Source of the DNA: an uncultured Collinsella sp.
GTDB taxonomy: Bacteria > Actinomycetota > Coriobacteriia > Coriobacteriales > Coriobacteriaceae
Length of the DNA: 57,640 nt
Direction of reading: 5' to 3'
Assembly: GCA_902495155.1 (NCBI GenBank)
Contig: CABUWD010000001.1
Location: 1-57,640 of the forward strand
The notes under the pieces: generated by a model
Databases searched by the model: none
The model's input: the letters and a program-made list of their open reading frames with translations, nothing else
What the model was told of the DNA's origin: nothing
Program-made: the position numbers and the translations under genes
Shown here: piece by piece, positions 20,085 through 29,862 of the stretch
How the letters are laid out: every line of letters starts with the position of its first letter
Position numbering within the stretch: the stretch's first letter is position 1

Positions 20085-20184
20085 CGGCTTTACGAGCCAC
20101 CCCATCTTGGCGTTCATTCGTCGCTCGCGTGCCCAAGTACGCTTCGCTCCTCTTTCGCGCCAACCTGGGGCCCTCGTAAAGCCG
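20085..20184. repeat. Structured dispersed repeat, copy 3 (inverted vs copies 1/2; after S-component stop)
   Basis: Reverse complement contains GCGAAAGAGGAGCGAAGCGTAC-TTGG-GCACGCGAGCGACG, closed by a different 12-bp stem CGGCTTTACGAG/CTCGTAAAGCCG. Confidence 0.85.
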
Positions 20185-20286
20185 TCTCCATGCTCCATTA
20201 TTCAAAATTAATCCCCTTTTCGATTTAACCCCTTTCGTGGGGGTCTAGGACACTCTTATCTCAAATCCCACCTTAAGGAGAACATC

Positions 20287-20838
20287 ATGGCCACCGACAC
20301 TCAGGCTCGCACCATCTCCGCCAACGCCGCTTCCAACAAGGGCATCCTCGATATCACCTCGCTCGTCCTGCTCGCCGTCCTCCTTGCCGCCGGCTTTATC
20401 CTCAACATGACCGTGGGCAACGCGCTTGCCGCAACGGGTATCAAGCCGCAGTTCATCATTGCCGCCTACGCCCTGGCCATCGCACTCACGCAGGCGAGCT
20501 TTGCCCAGGCAGCCATCTTTGGCATCCTGTCAGCCGCCGTCATCCAGATCACCACGTCAATCCCCGGCCTCAACTTTGTGACCGAGCTTGCTGGCGCGCT
20601 GACGATGGCGGCGCTCGTCAAGTCCAACATCGGCGGCAACAAGGTCAACCCCTTCATCGCCGGCCTGCTCACCACCCTGGTCTCGGGTGCCCTCTTCGCC
20701 GTCCTGGGCACCGTCATCATGGGTGCCGCGCTGCCCACCGCGCTCGCCAAGGTGCCCATCGTGCTCGGCACCGCCGTCTTCAACGCCGTCGTGGTCCAGG
20801 CTCTCTTCTTCCCCCTGCGCAAGGTGCTCAACAAATAG
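20287..20838 (+). CDS. ECF S component 2 (paralog of S component 1)
   Basis: Shares LVLLA.LLAAGFILN.TVG, SAAVIQITT and TAVFNA with the preceding gene. Confidence 0.7.
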   Translation: MATDTQARTISANAASNKGILDITSLVLLAVLLAAGFILNMTVGNALAATGIKPQFIIAAYALAIALTQASFAQAAIFGILSAAVIQITTSIPGLNFVTELAGALTMAALVKSNIGGNKVNPFIAGLLTTLVSGALFAVLGTVIMGAALPTALAKVPIVLGTAVFNAVVVQALFFPLRKVLNK

Positions 20839-20905
20839 CCTGATATGATGGACGGGCCGCGCGTTAGCGGCCCCATCACCAAAGACTGTCCCAAACAGCT
20901 AGCAT

Positions 20906-20949
20906 TTGGGGACGTTCTTAAACGACTCGTCATTTAAGAACGTCCCCAA
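20906..20949. repeat. 17-bp perfect palindromic hairpin (GGGGAC-type)
   Basis: TTGGGGACGTTCTTAAA-N10-TTTAAGAACGTCCCCAA. Confidence 0.8.
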
Positions 20950-20967
20950 TGACTATGAAAGGTATCC

Positions 20968-22719
20968 ATGGAAACGATCATCAACGTCGACGATGTCTCG
21001 TTCTCCTATGGCGCGCAGACCGAGCAGGCGCTCAACCACATCTCGCTCAGCGTAAACAAGGGAGATTTCATCGGCATCATCGGGCCCTCGGGCGCCGGCA
21101 AGTCCACGCTTGCCGCCTGTCTGTCGGGTGCCGTGCCCCACCACTACACCGGCACGTTCTTCGGGTCCGTCATGGTTGACGGCCACGACACCTGCGAGGT
21201 CTCGCTGACCGACGTGTCGCAAATCGTCGGCAGTGTGCTGCAGGATATCGACACGCAGATGGTCGCCTCGGTCGTCGAGGACGAGATGCTCTTTGGCCTC
21301 GAGAACTTTGGCGTTCCCCACGACCAGATCGAACAGCGCGTGAGCGAAACGCTCGAGACCGTCGGCATCAGCGACCTGCGCGACCGCGAGATCGCCACCC
21401 TCTCGGGCGGACAGAAGCAAAAGGTAGCCATCGCCGCCATCCTCGCCATGCGTCCGCGCGTCTTGGTTCTCGACGAGCCCACCGCGGCACTCGACCCCGC
21501 CAGCTCCACTCTGGTCTTCGAGACGCTGCGTGAGGCAAACCGCGCACTCGGCATCACCATCGTCGTCATTGAGCAAAAGGTCGCCCTGCTCTCGGAGTAC
21601 TGCAACCGCGTGCTCGTGCTCAACCATGGCGAAATCGCGCTGCAGGGCGAGCCACACGAGGTCTTCGCGCATACCGACGAGCTCCGTGCCATCGGCGTCG
21701 ACTGCCCTCGCGTCACGCGTATCTTCAATAGCCTCGAGGCCGATGGTCTGGTAAGCGGAACCCCTTGCTTGGATGTCGATGAGGCCGAGCGCCTGATTTC
21801 GGGCATCGTCGATCCCGCACACGTGGACATCGAAGCTCAGGCGCCTGCCGGTTCCCCGCATGCACCGTCGTTGCGCCCTCATGCCAAGGACGCCGAACCC
21901 ATACTCACCTTCGACCATGTTGAGTTTGCCTATCCCAATGGCGGCGCCGCCGTACACGACCTTAGCCTGACGCTCTATCCTGGCGAGCTCGTGGGCATCG
22001 TCGGCCAGAACGGTGCCGGCAAGACCACGCTCACCAAGCTGCTCACAGGCCTGCTTAAGCCCGCCTCGGGCAGCGTGCGCGTCACGGGACTGGATACCGC
22101 AGCCGTTCCCACAAGCCGCATCGCTCGCGAGGTCGCGACCCTCTTCCAAAACCCCGACCGCCAGATCTGCAAGGACACCGTGCTCGACGAGGTCGCCTTT
22201 GGCCTGGAGCTTGCTGGCATCGACCGTGCCGAGGCGCTGCGTCGCGCCCAGCTCGTCATCGACCGCTTTGGCTTGCCTGCCGATGAGGCGCCTTTCTCGC
22301 TTTCGCGCGGCCAGCGACAAATGGTGGCGCTTGCCTCCGTCGTAGTGGTTGAGCCCAAGATCGTCGTGCTCGACGAACCCACGAGCGGCCTTGATTACCG
22401 CGAGTGCATGACCGTCATGGAGACCGTACGCACCATGGCCGAGCGCGGTTGCGCCGTTATCATGGTCTGCCACGATATGGAAGTCGTCTCGGATTTTGCC
22501 GAGCGCATTGTGGTAATGGCCGACGGTCGCATCCTCGACCGCGGCCGCACGCACGAGCTATTCTCGAACATCGATCTCATGCGGCGTGCCTACGTGGAGC
22601 CTCCCCAGGTTATTGAACTCTCGCGCCGTCTGGCATCTTCCGTCTCGCCCGCTTTTGCGCAGGTGAGCGAGGTCACCGATGTCGTTCGAATTACCAAGGA
22701 GATGGTCCACCGTGGTTAA
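20968..22719 (+). CDS. ECF transporter double-domain ATPase
   Basis: Two Walker A motifs (GPSGAGKST, GQNGAGKTT), LSGGQ and LSRGQ signatures, two LDEPT. Confidence 0.93.
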   Translation: METIINVDDVSFSYGAQTEQALNHISLSVNKGDFIGIIGPSGAGKSTLAACLSGAVPHHYTGTFFGSVMVDGHDTCEVSLTDVSQIVGSVLQDIDTQMVASVVEDEMLFGLENFGVPHDQIEQRVSETLETVGISDLRDREIATLSGGQKQKVAIAAILAMRPRVLVLDEPTAALDPASSTLVFETLREANRALGITIVVIEQKVALLSEYCNRVLVLNHGEIALQGEPHEVFAHTDELRAIGVDCPRVTRIFNSLEADGLVSGTPCLDVDEAERLISGIVDPAHVDIEAQAPAGSPHAPSLRPHAKDAEPILTFDHVEFAYPNGGAAVHDLSLTLYPGELVGIVGQNGAGKTTLTKLLTGLLKPASGSVRVTGLDTAAVPTSRIAREVATLFQNPDRQICKDTVLDEVAFGLELAGIDRAEALRRAQLVIDRFGLPADEAPFSLSRGQRQMVALASVVVVEPKIVVLDEPTSGLDYRECMTVMETVRTMAERGCAVIMVCHDMEVVSDFAERIVVMADGRILDRGRTHELFSNIDLMRRAYVEPPQVIELSRRLASSVSPAFAQVSEVTDVVRITKEMVHRG

Positions 22720-23458
22720 CGTCATCGACTACATGCCGGGCGATACGCTGCTGCATCGCCTGAATCCCGTCGTCAAACTGGGCCTCGCCGCCGCCATCAT
22801 CGTCGGCATCTTCTTGTCCGACACCTACGTGGCGCTGCTGGGCTTTTTGGCACTCACCCTTGCGCTGGGTGCCTATGCCGGCGTCGTCGACCGTCTGTTC
22901 TCGCTGCTCAAGTTGCTGATTCCGCTCGCGCTTATCATGCTGGTGCTCCAGCTGACCTTTATGCGCGATGGCAACGTGGTGTGGGGCTTTATCACCGACA
23001 CGGGTCTCATCACAGGATCGAAGGCCTGTCTGCGCCTGCTGGGTGTGGCGCTACCACTCATCCTCATGCTCATGGTGACCAAGCTCAACGACCTTGCCAA
23101 CGCCTGCGTCGAGGTGCTGCACGTGCCGTATCGCTATGCCTTCACCTTTACCACGGCGCTGCGCTTTGTGCCGGTGTTTGGTCAGGAGATGAACGCCATC
23201 ATGGAGGCGCAGACCGCACGCGGCGTCGAGTACGACACCAAGAACCCCATCAAGAAGCTTAAGCTCATGCTGCCACTGTGTGTGCCACTGCTCATCTCGA
23301 GCGTGGGCAAGACCGATGCCACAGCCTTGGCGGCAGAACAGCGCGGCTTCTATCTGCGTACGCGCGCCAGCTCGTACAAGCGCTACCCCATCAAGGGCCT
23401 GGACATCGCCGTGCTCATCGTCAGCATCGCCCTCATCGCCATCGGCTTCCTGTTCTAG
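22712..23458 (+). CDS. ECF transporter transmembrane T component
   Basis: LHRLNPVVKL, ALRFVP, AQTARG and AAEQRGF (xRx motifs); GTG start overlaps the ATPase end. Confidence 0.92.
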   Translation: MVNVIDYMPGDTLLHRLNPVVKLGLAAAIIVGIFLSDTYVALLGFLALTLALGAYAGVVDRLFSLLKLLIPLALIMLVLQLTFMRDGNVVWGFITDTGLITGSKACLRLLGVALPLILMLMVTKLNDLANACVEVLHVPYRYAFTFTTALRFVPVFGQEMNAIMEAQTARGVEYDTKNPIKKLKLMLPLCVPLLISSVGKTDATALAAEQRGFYLRTRASSYKRYPIKGLDIAVLIVSIALIAIGFLF

Positions 23459-23487
23459 TTCACCACCGACAGCAACCACCCAACGCA

Positions 23488-23524
23488 AAAGGCCTCGGCT
23501 CGCACCAAACGAGCCGAGGCCTTT
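23488..23524. terminator. Bidirectional terminator
   Basis: 15-bp stem AAAGGCCTCGGCTCG/CGAGCCGAGGCCTTT between convergent genes. Confidence 0.8.
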
Positions 23525-23583
23525 ACTGTTTCACCAGATAAAACCTACCAAAATAAACCTGTCCCTTTTTGGCAGGTCGGAAG

Positions 23584-24330
23584 CTAGAGGCGGTAGGGGG
23601 CGCCGCTGCGGATGATGGATTCGCGCACCAGGACATCCATGGCGTCGAGGGTGATCTCGGGCATCTCTCGGTACTTCTGCAGCACCGAGAGCTCGGTGCA
23701 GGCCAGAATGACGCGGTCGCAGCCGCTACGGGCGAACTCCCACATCACGCGGTCGAACTTATCCATATCGGGCTCACGTCCGGCCTTCACATCATCGTAG
23801 ATAAGCGACATCACATCGTTCTGACGTTTCTCGCTGGGATAGACAACCTCAACACCCGCAGCCTTACATTCGCGGCCGTAGACGCCCGCGCCCACGGTTC
23901 CGTCGGTGCCCATGATGCCAATCTTGTGCACCGGCTCGGCCGGCATACTCAGGTTGGGGTCGAACTCGCACTCCCCCATCACCGCACCGGCCAGAGCATA
24001 GCGCACCGACTCACGTGGCATGTGGATAATCGGCACCTTCGTAAACGACTGGATCTGGTCGTAGAAGTAGTGCGACGTGTTGCAGGGAATGGCAATGTGC
24101 GCACAGCCCAGCGACTCGAGTGCCTGAGCACACTCTTTCATGGTCGCCAGCAGCTTGGCATGCTCGCCGGTCTTAATGGCCAACGTGCGGTCGGGCATGG
24201 TCGACTTGGAGAGCACCACCATGTCGATATGTTCCTGATCGCAGGCAGCAGCCGTATGACGCACCACCTGGTCGTAGTAATACGACGTGGCCTCGGCGCC
24301 CATGCCGCCGATAACTCCCAGCTTTTCCAT
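23584..24330 (-). CDS. Aspartate racemase
   Basis: LGVIGGMGAEAT, PDRT, IPCNTSHYF and LACTELS (two catalytic Cys). Confidence 0.9.
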   Translation of the reverse strand: MEKLGVIGGMGAEATSYYYDQVVRHTAAACDQEHIDMVVLSKSTMPDRTLAIKTGEHAKLLATMKECAQALESLGCAHIAIPCNTSHYFYDQIQSFTKVPIIHMPRESVRYALAGAVMGECEFDPNLSMPAEPVHKIGIMGTDGTVGAGVYGRECKAAGVEVVYPSEKRQNDVMSLIYDDVKAGREPDMDKFDRVMWEFARSGCDRVILACTELSVLQKYREMPEITLDAMDVLVRESIIRSGAPYRL

Positions 24331-24414
24331 CGCCGCCTCCTTGGTGACGCTTGCGCAATTGCGCGTATCATACCCGCGCCCGCCCGATGCAAACCGGACG
24401 GGCGCCGCGCTCAT

Positions 24415-25671
24415 CTACTTGTAATACGTCTTGAACAGCTTAAAGTGGCGCAGCTTGGTGTGCCACATGCGCAGCCAGCGGTTAAAGACAAAGTCGCCCT
24501 TCATAAACGAAGGGTCGGCGCCCTTACCTTCCTTGTCCAGGCGATGCACCTTAGCGCGCAGCTCGGGATCCTTGACGTACTTGTCGACGACGCCCATGGG
24601 GACGACCATCCACAGGGCCTCGTCCTGCGCCGTCACAAACTCCGGCTCAAACGGGCGGTTGAACACATACTCGTCCACCACATACTTGGCAACGTTAAAG
24701 CCGCTGTTGGTAACGTAGTAGTTGCTGCGGCCCTGGCGCGTGTTGAAATCGAAGAACTTAAACGAGCCGTCGCGCTCGTCGTACTTAACGTCAAAGTTGG
24801 AATAGCCCACAAAGTGAAGGTCCTCGAGCAGCTTGCGCACGCCGCCCATGAGTTCGTCGTTAGGCTCGGTAATGATACAGGCATGGTTGCCGACACCGTG
24901 GGGCTGATGCTCCTCGAGCAGCACATGGCCCAGGCACATCATGCGGACCTTACCGTTGCGGTCGGAATAGCTGGTGAGCACGCGCATGTACTCGTCGTTG
25001 CCGGGCACGCGATCCTGCAAGATCAGGTCGTCGGTGTAGCCGCTGGCATACGAATCGCGAATGACCTGTTCCAGCTCGGCGCGGTCGGCAATCTCATAGG
25101 CCTTCTTCTGGCCCTCGAACTCATGCTGCCACCACATGATGCCGTCGGAAGGCTTCAGAATCATCGGGTAAGGAAAATCGATCTGGTCGAGCACTTCGGC
25201 AGGCGCCTCACCCTGGGCATTGAGCATCGCCTTGGTAAAGGTAAACGTGTGCGGATAGGGCACGCCATGCTTCTCGCACAGCTCGTAGAAGATCTCCTTC
25301 TTCTGACACTGTTCAAGCATGCTATAGGGAGCGTAAGGCGCGACGATGTTATCCGCCAACTCATGGGCATCCTTGGCCTGAGCCACGAGGGCAACATAGT
25401 TATCGCCACAGCCCACAAGGACAATCGTCTTATCGGCATGCGCTTGGGCAATGCCGTTGACGGTTTTGAGCATCACGGGCATGGTATCGATATCCACGTT
25501 GGGCGTGTAGTCGATAATCTGGCTGCGGTACGCGGGACCCGTCTGGTACTTGCCAAAGACCAGACTCTTGACCTGGTACTCCTCGTAGAAGGCGCGCGCC
25601 ACCGAGTAGGCGTTGATGTCGCCACCGAGCAGCACGGGAATGAACTCGCGCTCTGTAAACTGCAATGCCAT
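24415..25671 (-). CDS. ATP-grasp carboxylate-amine ligase, probable D-aspartate ligase
   Basis: LLGGDINAYSVARAF, ILKP, LILQDRVPGND, GYSNFDVKYD, NTRQGRSNYY; adjacent Asp racemase. Confidence 0.85.
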   Translation of the reverse strand: MALQFTEREFIPVLLGGDINAYSVARAFYEEYQVKSLVFGKYQTGPAYRSQIIDYTPNVDIDTMPVMLKTVNGIAQAHADKTIVLVGCGDNYVALVAQAKDAHELADNIVAPYAPYSMLEQCQKKEIFYELCEKHGVPYPHTFTFTKAMLNAQGEAPAEVLDQIDFPYPMILKPSDGIMWWQHEFEGQKKAYEIADRAELEQVIRDSYASGYTDDLILQDRVPGNDEYMRVLTSYSDRNGKVRMMCLGHVLLEEHQPHGVGNHACIITEPNDELMGGVRKLLEDLHFVGYSNFDVKYDERDGSFKFFDFNTRQGRSNYYVTNSGFNVAKYVVDEYVFNRPFEPEFVTAQDEALWMVVPMGVVDKYVKDPELRAKVHRLDKEGKGADPSFMKGDFVFNRWLRMWHTKLRHFKLFKTYYK

Positions 25672-25891
25672 GGAAACTTCCTATCATGAACTGCCCATAC
25701 AACGGGCGGTCTTTGCGCAACTGATTTATTCTAGCGTGCCAAGCCGCCGGCGCCCAAAGCTCCACCGTATCTATGGCAATCGACGTAATCGTCCAGCACG
25801 AAGACGGCGCTCACCGTTGTATGACAACGGGCAATGAACCTACCATTGTTGTAGGATTCAACATGTTGCCCGCCCCGTCGAAAGGTGCACC

Positions 25892-26524
25892 GTGCCCCAG
25901 GCTCATCCGATCAACAACCCCATCATTGACGCCGCCAAGCGCGAACTTGCGGATCGTGCCCAGACGGCAGCTCCCCTACGCACCGCAAACGATGCTTACA
26001 ACGGGCCTGTCCGTATCGTCTCAATCAACACGTCGGAGCACAAAGGCACGCGTAAGTCGCCCGTCTCCGATGGACGCGACACCGTCATCGAGCAATTTGG
26101 CCTCGCTTCCGATGCACACGCCGGGCACTGGCACCGCCAAGTCTCGTTTTTGGCCGCAGAATCAATCCAGACGGCGCAACATCGCGGGCTCGATGTGCAC
26201 GAAGGCGACTTTGGGGAGAACTTCACCACACAAGGTATCAACCTGCTTTCGCTCCCCCTGGGCACACAGCTCAAGATCGGCAACGACGTTCTGGTCGAGA
26301 TCAGCCAGATCGGCAAAGTCTGCCACACCCACTGCGCTATCTACCATCTCGCCGGCGACTGCATCTTTCCCCACGAGGGCATTTTCGGCGTGGTGCTTCG
26401 AGGCGGAGAGGTGCATGTCGGAGACGATATCCAGACAGTCAAGCTCGGCAACGGCGCATGTTCTTTCACCCCAGCCGAGGCGCTCGAAGAAATTGAGCAG
26501 GCTCGCCGCGAGGGAACCCTATAG
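25892..26524 (+). CDS. MOSC domain protein
   Basis: DAHAGHWHRQVSFLA, GDFGENF, SQIGKVCH..C, CIFPHEGIF. Confidence 0.88.
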   Translation: MPQAHPINNPIIDAAKRELADRAQTAAPLRTANDAYNGPVRIVSINTSEHKGTRKSPVSDGRDTVIEQFGLASDAHAGHWHRQVSFLAAESIQTAQHRGLDVHEGDFGENFTTQGINLLSLPLGTQLKIGNDVLVEISQIGKVCHTHCAIYHLAGDCIFPHEGIFGVVLRGGEVHVGDDIQTVKLGNGACSFTPAEALEEIEQARREGTL

Positions 26525-26651
26525 GTGCAAAACCCCATGTTGGAGTAGCCCTTAAGGCATGAATCTGCGATCAGACCGAGTTCCGTAACGTTAAAGTTGA
26601 ACTCTATGGTTTCTCAACAATTCACTATAACTGCAGGTCAAAGCCAAAGCC

Positions 26652-26688
26652 TCAAGTTTAACTTGACCCTTTGGAACCTTTAAGGTTC
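26652..26688. promoter_or_regulatory. Twin 7-1-7 palindromes, putative operator
   Basis: TCAAGTT-T-AACTTGA (26652-26666) and GAACCTT-T-AAGGTTC (26674-26688), centres 22 bp apart. Confidence 0.5.
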
Positions 26689-26758
26689 AAGTTGAGGTCG
26701 AAAGCAGTAGTAGAATACCGTTCGAACCATAACCTACGATTGATTGCAGAGGGACTGG

Positions 26759-27892
26759 ATGCAGCATTCGAATCATCGCACCGCAGCGCTCATTGCGTCG
26801 AAGCCGGCTCGTATCATCACGAGCGCCGCGCTCGCCGTTGCGCTGACGGCCACGCCGATGCTCTCCCCCGTTGCGGCGTATGCCGCCTCGCAGGCAACGC
26901 AGGACCAGCTTTCCGCAGCCCAGCAGAAGATCGAAGCCGCCACGAGCGCCTACAACGACGCCCGCACCAAACTCGATGACCTGCAAAAGCAGATTGACTC
27001 CAATGAGGCAAGCATCGAGGAAATCGAGGCCAAGCTTCCCGAGCAGCAGGCCAAGGCAAGCTCCGCCATGCGCGATCTGTACAAGTATCAGAAGGGCACC
27101 AATCCCATCGTGAGCTTCCTGGTCAACGCACAGAGCCTGGGTGAGTTCATCACGACCTGCAAATACACCAACCAGATCACGAGCTCGAGCGTCGACGAGA
27201 TCGAACAGCTCAATAACATGCAAACCGAACTCGAGCAGAACAAGGCTGAGCTCCAGCAGGCCAAGTCTCAGCTTGAGGCAGAGCAGAAAAACGCCGAGGA
27301 TGCGCTGGCGCAGGCCCAGCAGCTCCGCAGCGAGGCACAGGCAAAAGCCGAGCAGGAAAATGCCGCCGAGCTTGCCAAGCTTGAGGCCGATAAGGCCGCT
27401 GCCGCCGAGAAGCTCTCGGGCGAGGGCGTAAGCGGCAGCAATTCCAGCAGCCAGGCCACCAACACCAACACCACCATCGACACCACGGTGAACAACGCCA
27501 ATACCGGTAGCTCCGATTACGATTCGTTCATTAATGAGTGGACGAGCCGCATCGACAAGTATCTCGCCGGCTCCCCCATGGCAGGCCAGGGCTATAACTT
27601 TGCCGTCGCCGCTTGGAATACCGGTGTCGATCCCCGTTGGTCCCCCGCCATCGCCTGCATCGAGAGCACCAAGGGCGCTTATTGCGCCAATTCTTACAAC
27701 GCCTGGGGCTGGAGTGCACGTGGCGGCGGTTGGCGCAGCTTTGGCAGCTGGAGCGAGGGCATCTCCGCTCACGTTGCCTATCTGGGCGCCAACTACGGCT
27801 CCACCCTTACCCCGGCTGCGGCCAAAAAGTACTGCCCGCCCACGTGGCAGGACTGGTACAACAAAGTCGCCGCTCAGATGAACCGCATCTAA
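26759..27892 (+). CDS. Secreted PcsB/CwlO-like coiled-coil protein with lysozyme-like C-terminal domain
   Basis: Signal peptide ending AYA, long coiled coil, S/T/N linker, C-terminal DPRWSPAIACIESTKG..NAWGW. Confidence 0.75.
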   Translation: MQHSNHRTAALIASKPARIITSAALAVALTATPMLSPVAAYAASQATQDQLSAAQQKIEAATSAYNDARTKLDDLQKQIDSNEASIEEIEAKLPEQQAKASSAMRDLYKYQKGTNPIVSFLVNAQSLGEFITTCKYTNQITSSSVDEIEQLNNMQTELEQNKAELQQAKSQLEAEQKNAEDALAQAQQLRSEAQAKAEQENAAELAKLEADKAAAAEKLSGEGVSGSNSSSQATNTNTTIDTTVNNANTGSSDYDSFINEWTSRIDKYLAGSPMAGQGYNFAVAAWNTGVDPRWSPAIACIESTKGAYCANSYNAWGWSARGGGWRSFGSWSEGISAHVAYLGANYGSTLTPAAAKKYCPPTWQDWYNKVAAQMNRI

Positions 27893-27902
27893 GTGCAACT
27901 GC

Positions 27903-27930
27903 AAAGGGCCCCAATAGGGCCCTTTTCTTT
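27903..27930. terminator. Bidirectional terminator
   Basis: AAAGGGCCC-CAATA-GGGCCCTTT TCTTT between convergent genes. Confidence 0.75.
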
Positions 27931-29309
27931 TAGGTAGCGGAGGTATCGACGACGCCGGTCGCATTGGCAACCGCGACTATGACGATCATGCACAGGAGCA
28001 GCACACCCAATGCCTTGAGCCAGAGTTTCGCGAGTTTCTTGCCGCGATAGCTGTCGAGCAGTGCGAATCGCCGACGAAGACGGCGCTTATCGAGCAGCGC
28101 AAAATGCATAAGCACCATAAGGCCATCGACAAAGAAAAAATACTCGATTATGAGAAGCCACGTCGGGTAGCTTTGGTTTGCTCCGGTGGGGTGAAAGACG
28201 GCAAAGTGACTTCCGGCAAAGAACACAAGCAGCGAGAAGAAGACGAGCGTATTCCAAATGCGCCCCAGAGACTCCGGAACGCGAGAGAGCAGACCGCATG
28301 CAGTGGAGGCGGCAGGCCTAGGAAGCCCTGTGGGGTTCTGGAGCCCTTGGGGCGTCAACACCGTCTCCGAGGCCGGAGTACGGACAAGCACAGGCGCAGG
28401 AGGCCGCACGGGGCGACTTAGATCGTATGCCGCGCGCGTCGCCCGTCCCAACGCTTCCGCGCTCGCAAAACGCTTGGCCGGGTCGAGCGCCATCGACATG
28501 CAGACGGCATCGGCAAGTGGAGTGGGAATGCCGCATGCCTCACATTGCTCGCGCATGTCGAGCCCTGGTTTAGGGTCGACTCCCGTCAAGCAAAAGAACA
28601 ACAGGGCCCCAAGTGCGTAGACATCGCTGCGCACACTCGTCTGCCCAAACCCATACTGCTCGGGCGGCGCATAGGGTCGCGTGCCAAACTTGACGGTGTC
28701 AGCATCGGCGCCATCGCGCCATACGCGCGCGATCCCCAGGTCGATAATCACCAGCGATGAAAATGTCAGGCCGTCATCAGGCGTATAGTTGGCACCTGTC
28801 ACGATGATATTCGACGGCTTGAGGTCGCGATGGATCACCGGCGCCGACGTCTCCCCCACCATTGCAAAACCGGCATGGAGCTCGCCCACGGCATCGCATA
28901 GGGCAGGATACAATTCACGCGCATAATCGGGGGTGGCTCCCAGACGGTCCACCAGAGCCCCGAGTGTCTCCCCTTCGATGTATTCCATAACCACGTTGAG
29001 CTCGTCGCCCACACGACGACAATCGACGATTCTGGGCAGGTGCTCAAAACGCCTACCTGCCCGTTGCGCGGCAAACAGACGCTCGTATGCCCCGCCGATT
29101 TGAGCCGAAGCATCGATGCGTTTACGGACAAAGGGGCCGAGCGAACCACCGCCGGTTCCTTCAAAGTACACGAGCTCGGTTGTTTCAACGGACGAGCGCT
29201 TAAGTACACGCTCCACGCGATAGCTGTCGTCGCGATCGAGCGACGCCAGGTGCTCGGCAAGCGCTGCGGTCAGCTCGTCATCGGAATATGTTGGGGTCTG
29301 AGTATCCAT
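27930..29309 (-). CDS. Hanks-type Ser/Thr protein kinase with C-terminal TM helices
   Basis: VMEYIEG, IHRDLKPSN, DLGIAR, GTRPYAPPEQY, SDVYALG; ~3 hydrophobic C-terminal segments. Confidence 0.9.
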   Translation of the reverse strand: MDTQTPTYSDDELTAALAEHLASLDRDDSYRVERVLKRSSVETTELVYFEGTGGGSLGPFVRKRIDASAQIGGAYERLFAAQRAGRRFEHLPRIVDCRRVGDELNVVMEYIEGETLGALVDRLGATPDYARELYPALCDAVGELHAGFAMVGETSAPVIHRDLKPSNIIVTGANYTPDDGLTFSSLVIIDLGIARVWRDGADADTVKFGTRPYAPPEQYGFGQTSVRSDVYALGALLFFCLTGVDPKPGLDMREQCEACGIPTPLADAVCMSMALDPAKRFASAEALGRATRAAYDLSRPVRPPAPVLVRTPASETVLTPQGLQNPTGLPRPAASTACGLLSRVPESLGRIWNTLVFFSLLVFFAGSHFAVFHPTGANQSYPTWLLIIEYFFFVDGLMVLMHFALLDKRRLRRRFALLDSYRGKKLAKLWLKALGVLLLCMIVIVAVANATGVVDTSAT

Positions 29310-29407
29310 AGCCTCCATCATAGCGCAGGGCGCAGACACCCCATGGCATCCGCGCCCCGTTCGTTTGCATCGTTGTTCGGCAGCTCCGCCGGCTCAGATA
29401 TCAGCCG

Positions 29408-29830
29408 CTAACTCACCGTCTCCTCGCCAAAGCGATACAGCTCCTCGTTGACCTTTTGGAGGCTGCACCCACGATCGATGCAAAAGATGATAATCGCATC
29501 GCGGCGGTCCTTGCAGTTAAGGACGCTTACCCCGGCAGCCGTCAGCGCACGGTTAGTCTCTTTGAGCGTCAGCGCCATCGCAAAGGCAATCTGCAGCACC
29601 TTATTGCGGCTCGGATGCCGCGCACCGGTAAAAATCTGATAGCCAAAGGTCTCATTGAGATCGGCCATACGAACCACGCGCGAGCGCTCCAAGCCCTTTT
29701 CCTGCAGTAGCTGCTTCAGGTAGTTCGAAAGCGACGGGGCGGCAAAGTCGTGCTCCCTGATATAGCCATCGATGTTCGGCGCATCGAGAAGCTCATTGAG
29801 CAACTCGTCAGTCAGCTTTTTATCGGGCAT
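29408..29830 (-). CDS. XRE family HTH regulator
   Basis: YLKQLLQEKGL..VVRMADLNETFGYQIFTGARHPSRNKVLQIAFAM. Confidence 0.8.
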   Translation of the reverse strand: MPDKKLTDELLNELLDAPNIDGYIREHDFAAPSLSNYLKQLLQEKGLERSRVVRMADLNETFGYQIFTGARHPSRNKVLQIAFAMALTLKETNRALTAAGVSVLNCKDRRDAIIIFCIDRGCSLQKVNEELYRFGEETVS

Positions 29831-29862
29831 ACGACCTCACCTCCCCCTGTGCATGCAACATG

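Noticed and set aside
23569..25689. 706-aa plus-strand ORF and similar long antisense ORFs (e.g. 20953-22554, 44788-46383, 47138-48475, 55632-57122)
   Set aside because: They shadow well-supported genes on the opposite strand; high-GC codon bias suppresses antisense stops; no motifs
25892..26524. MOSC gene as a marker of a molybdenum cofactor locus or Moco riboswitch
   Set aside because: No other Moco genes in the window and no recognisable riboswitch upstream
26650..26668. Resemblance to a SoxR box (CCTCAAGTTAACTTGAGG)
   Set aside because: One extra central base, mismatched right end and no soxR here; kept only as an unassigned palindrome
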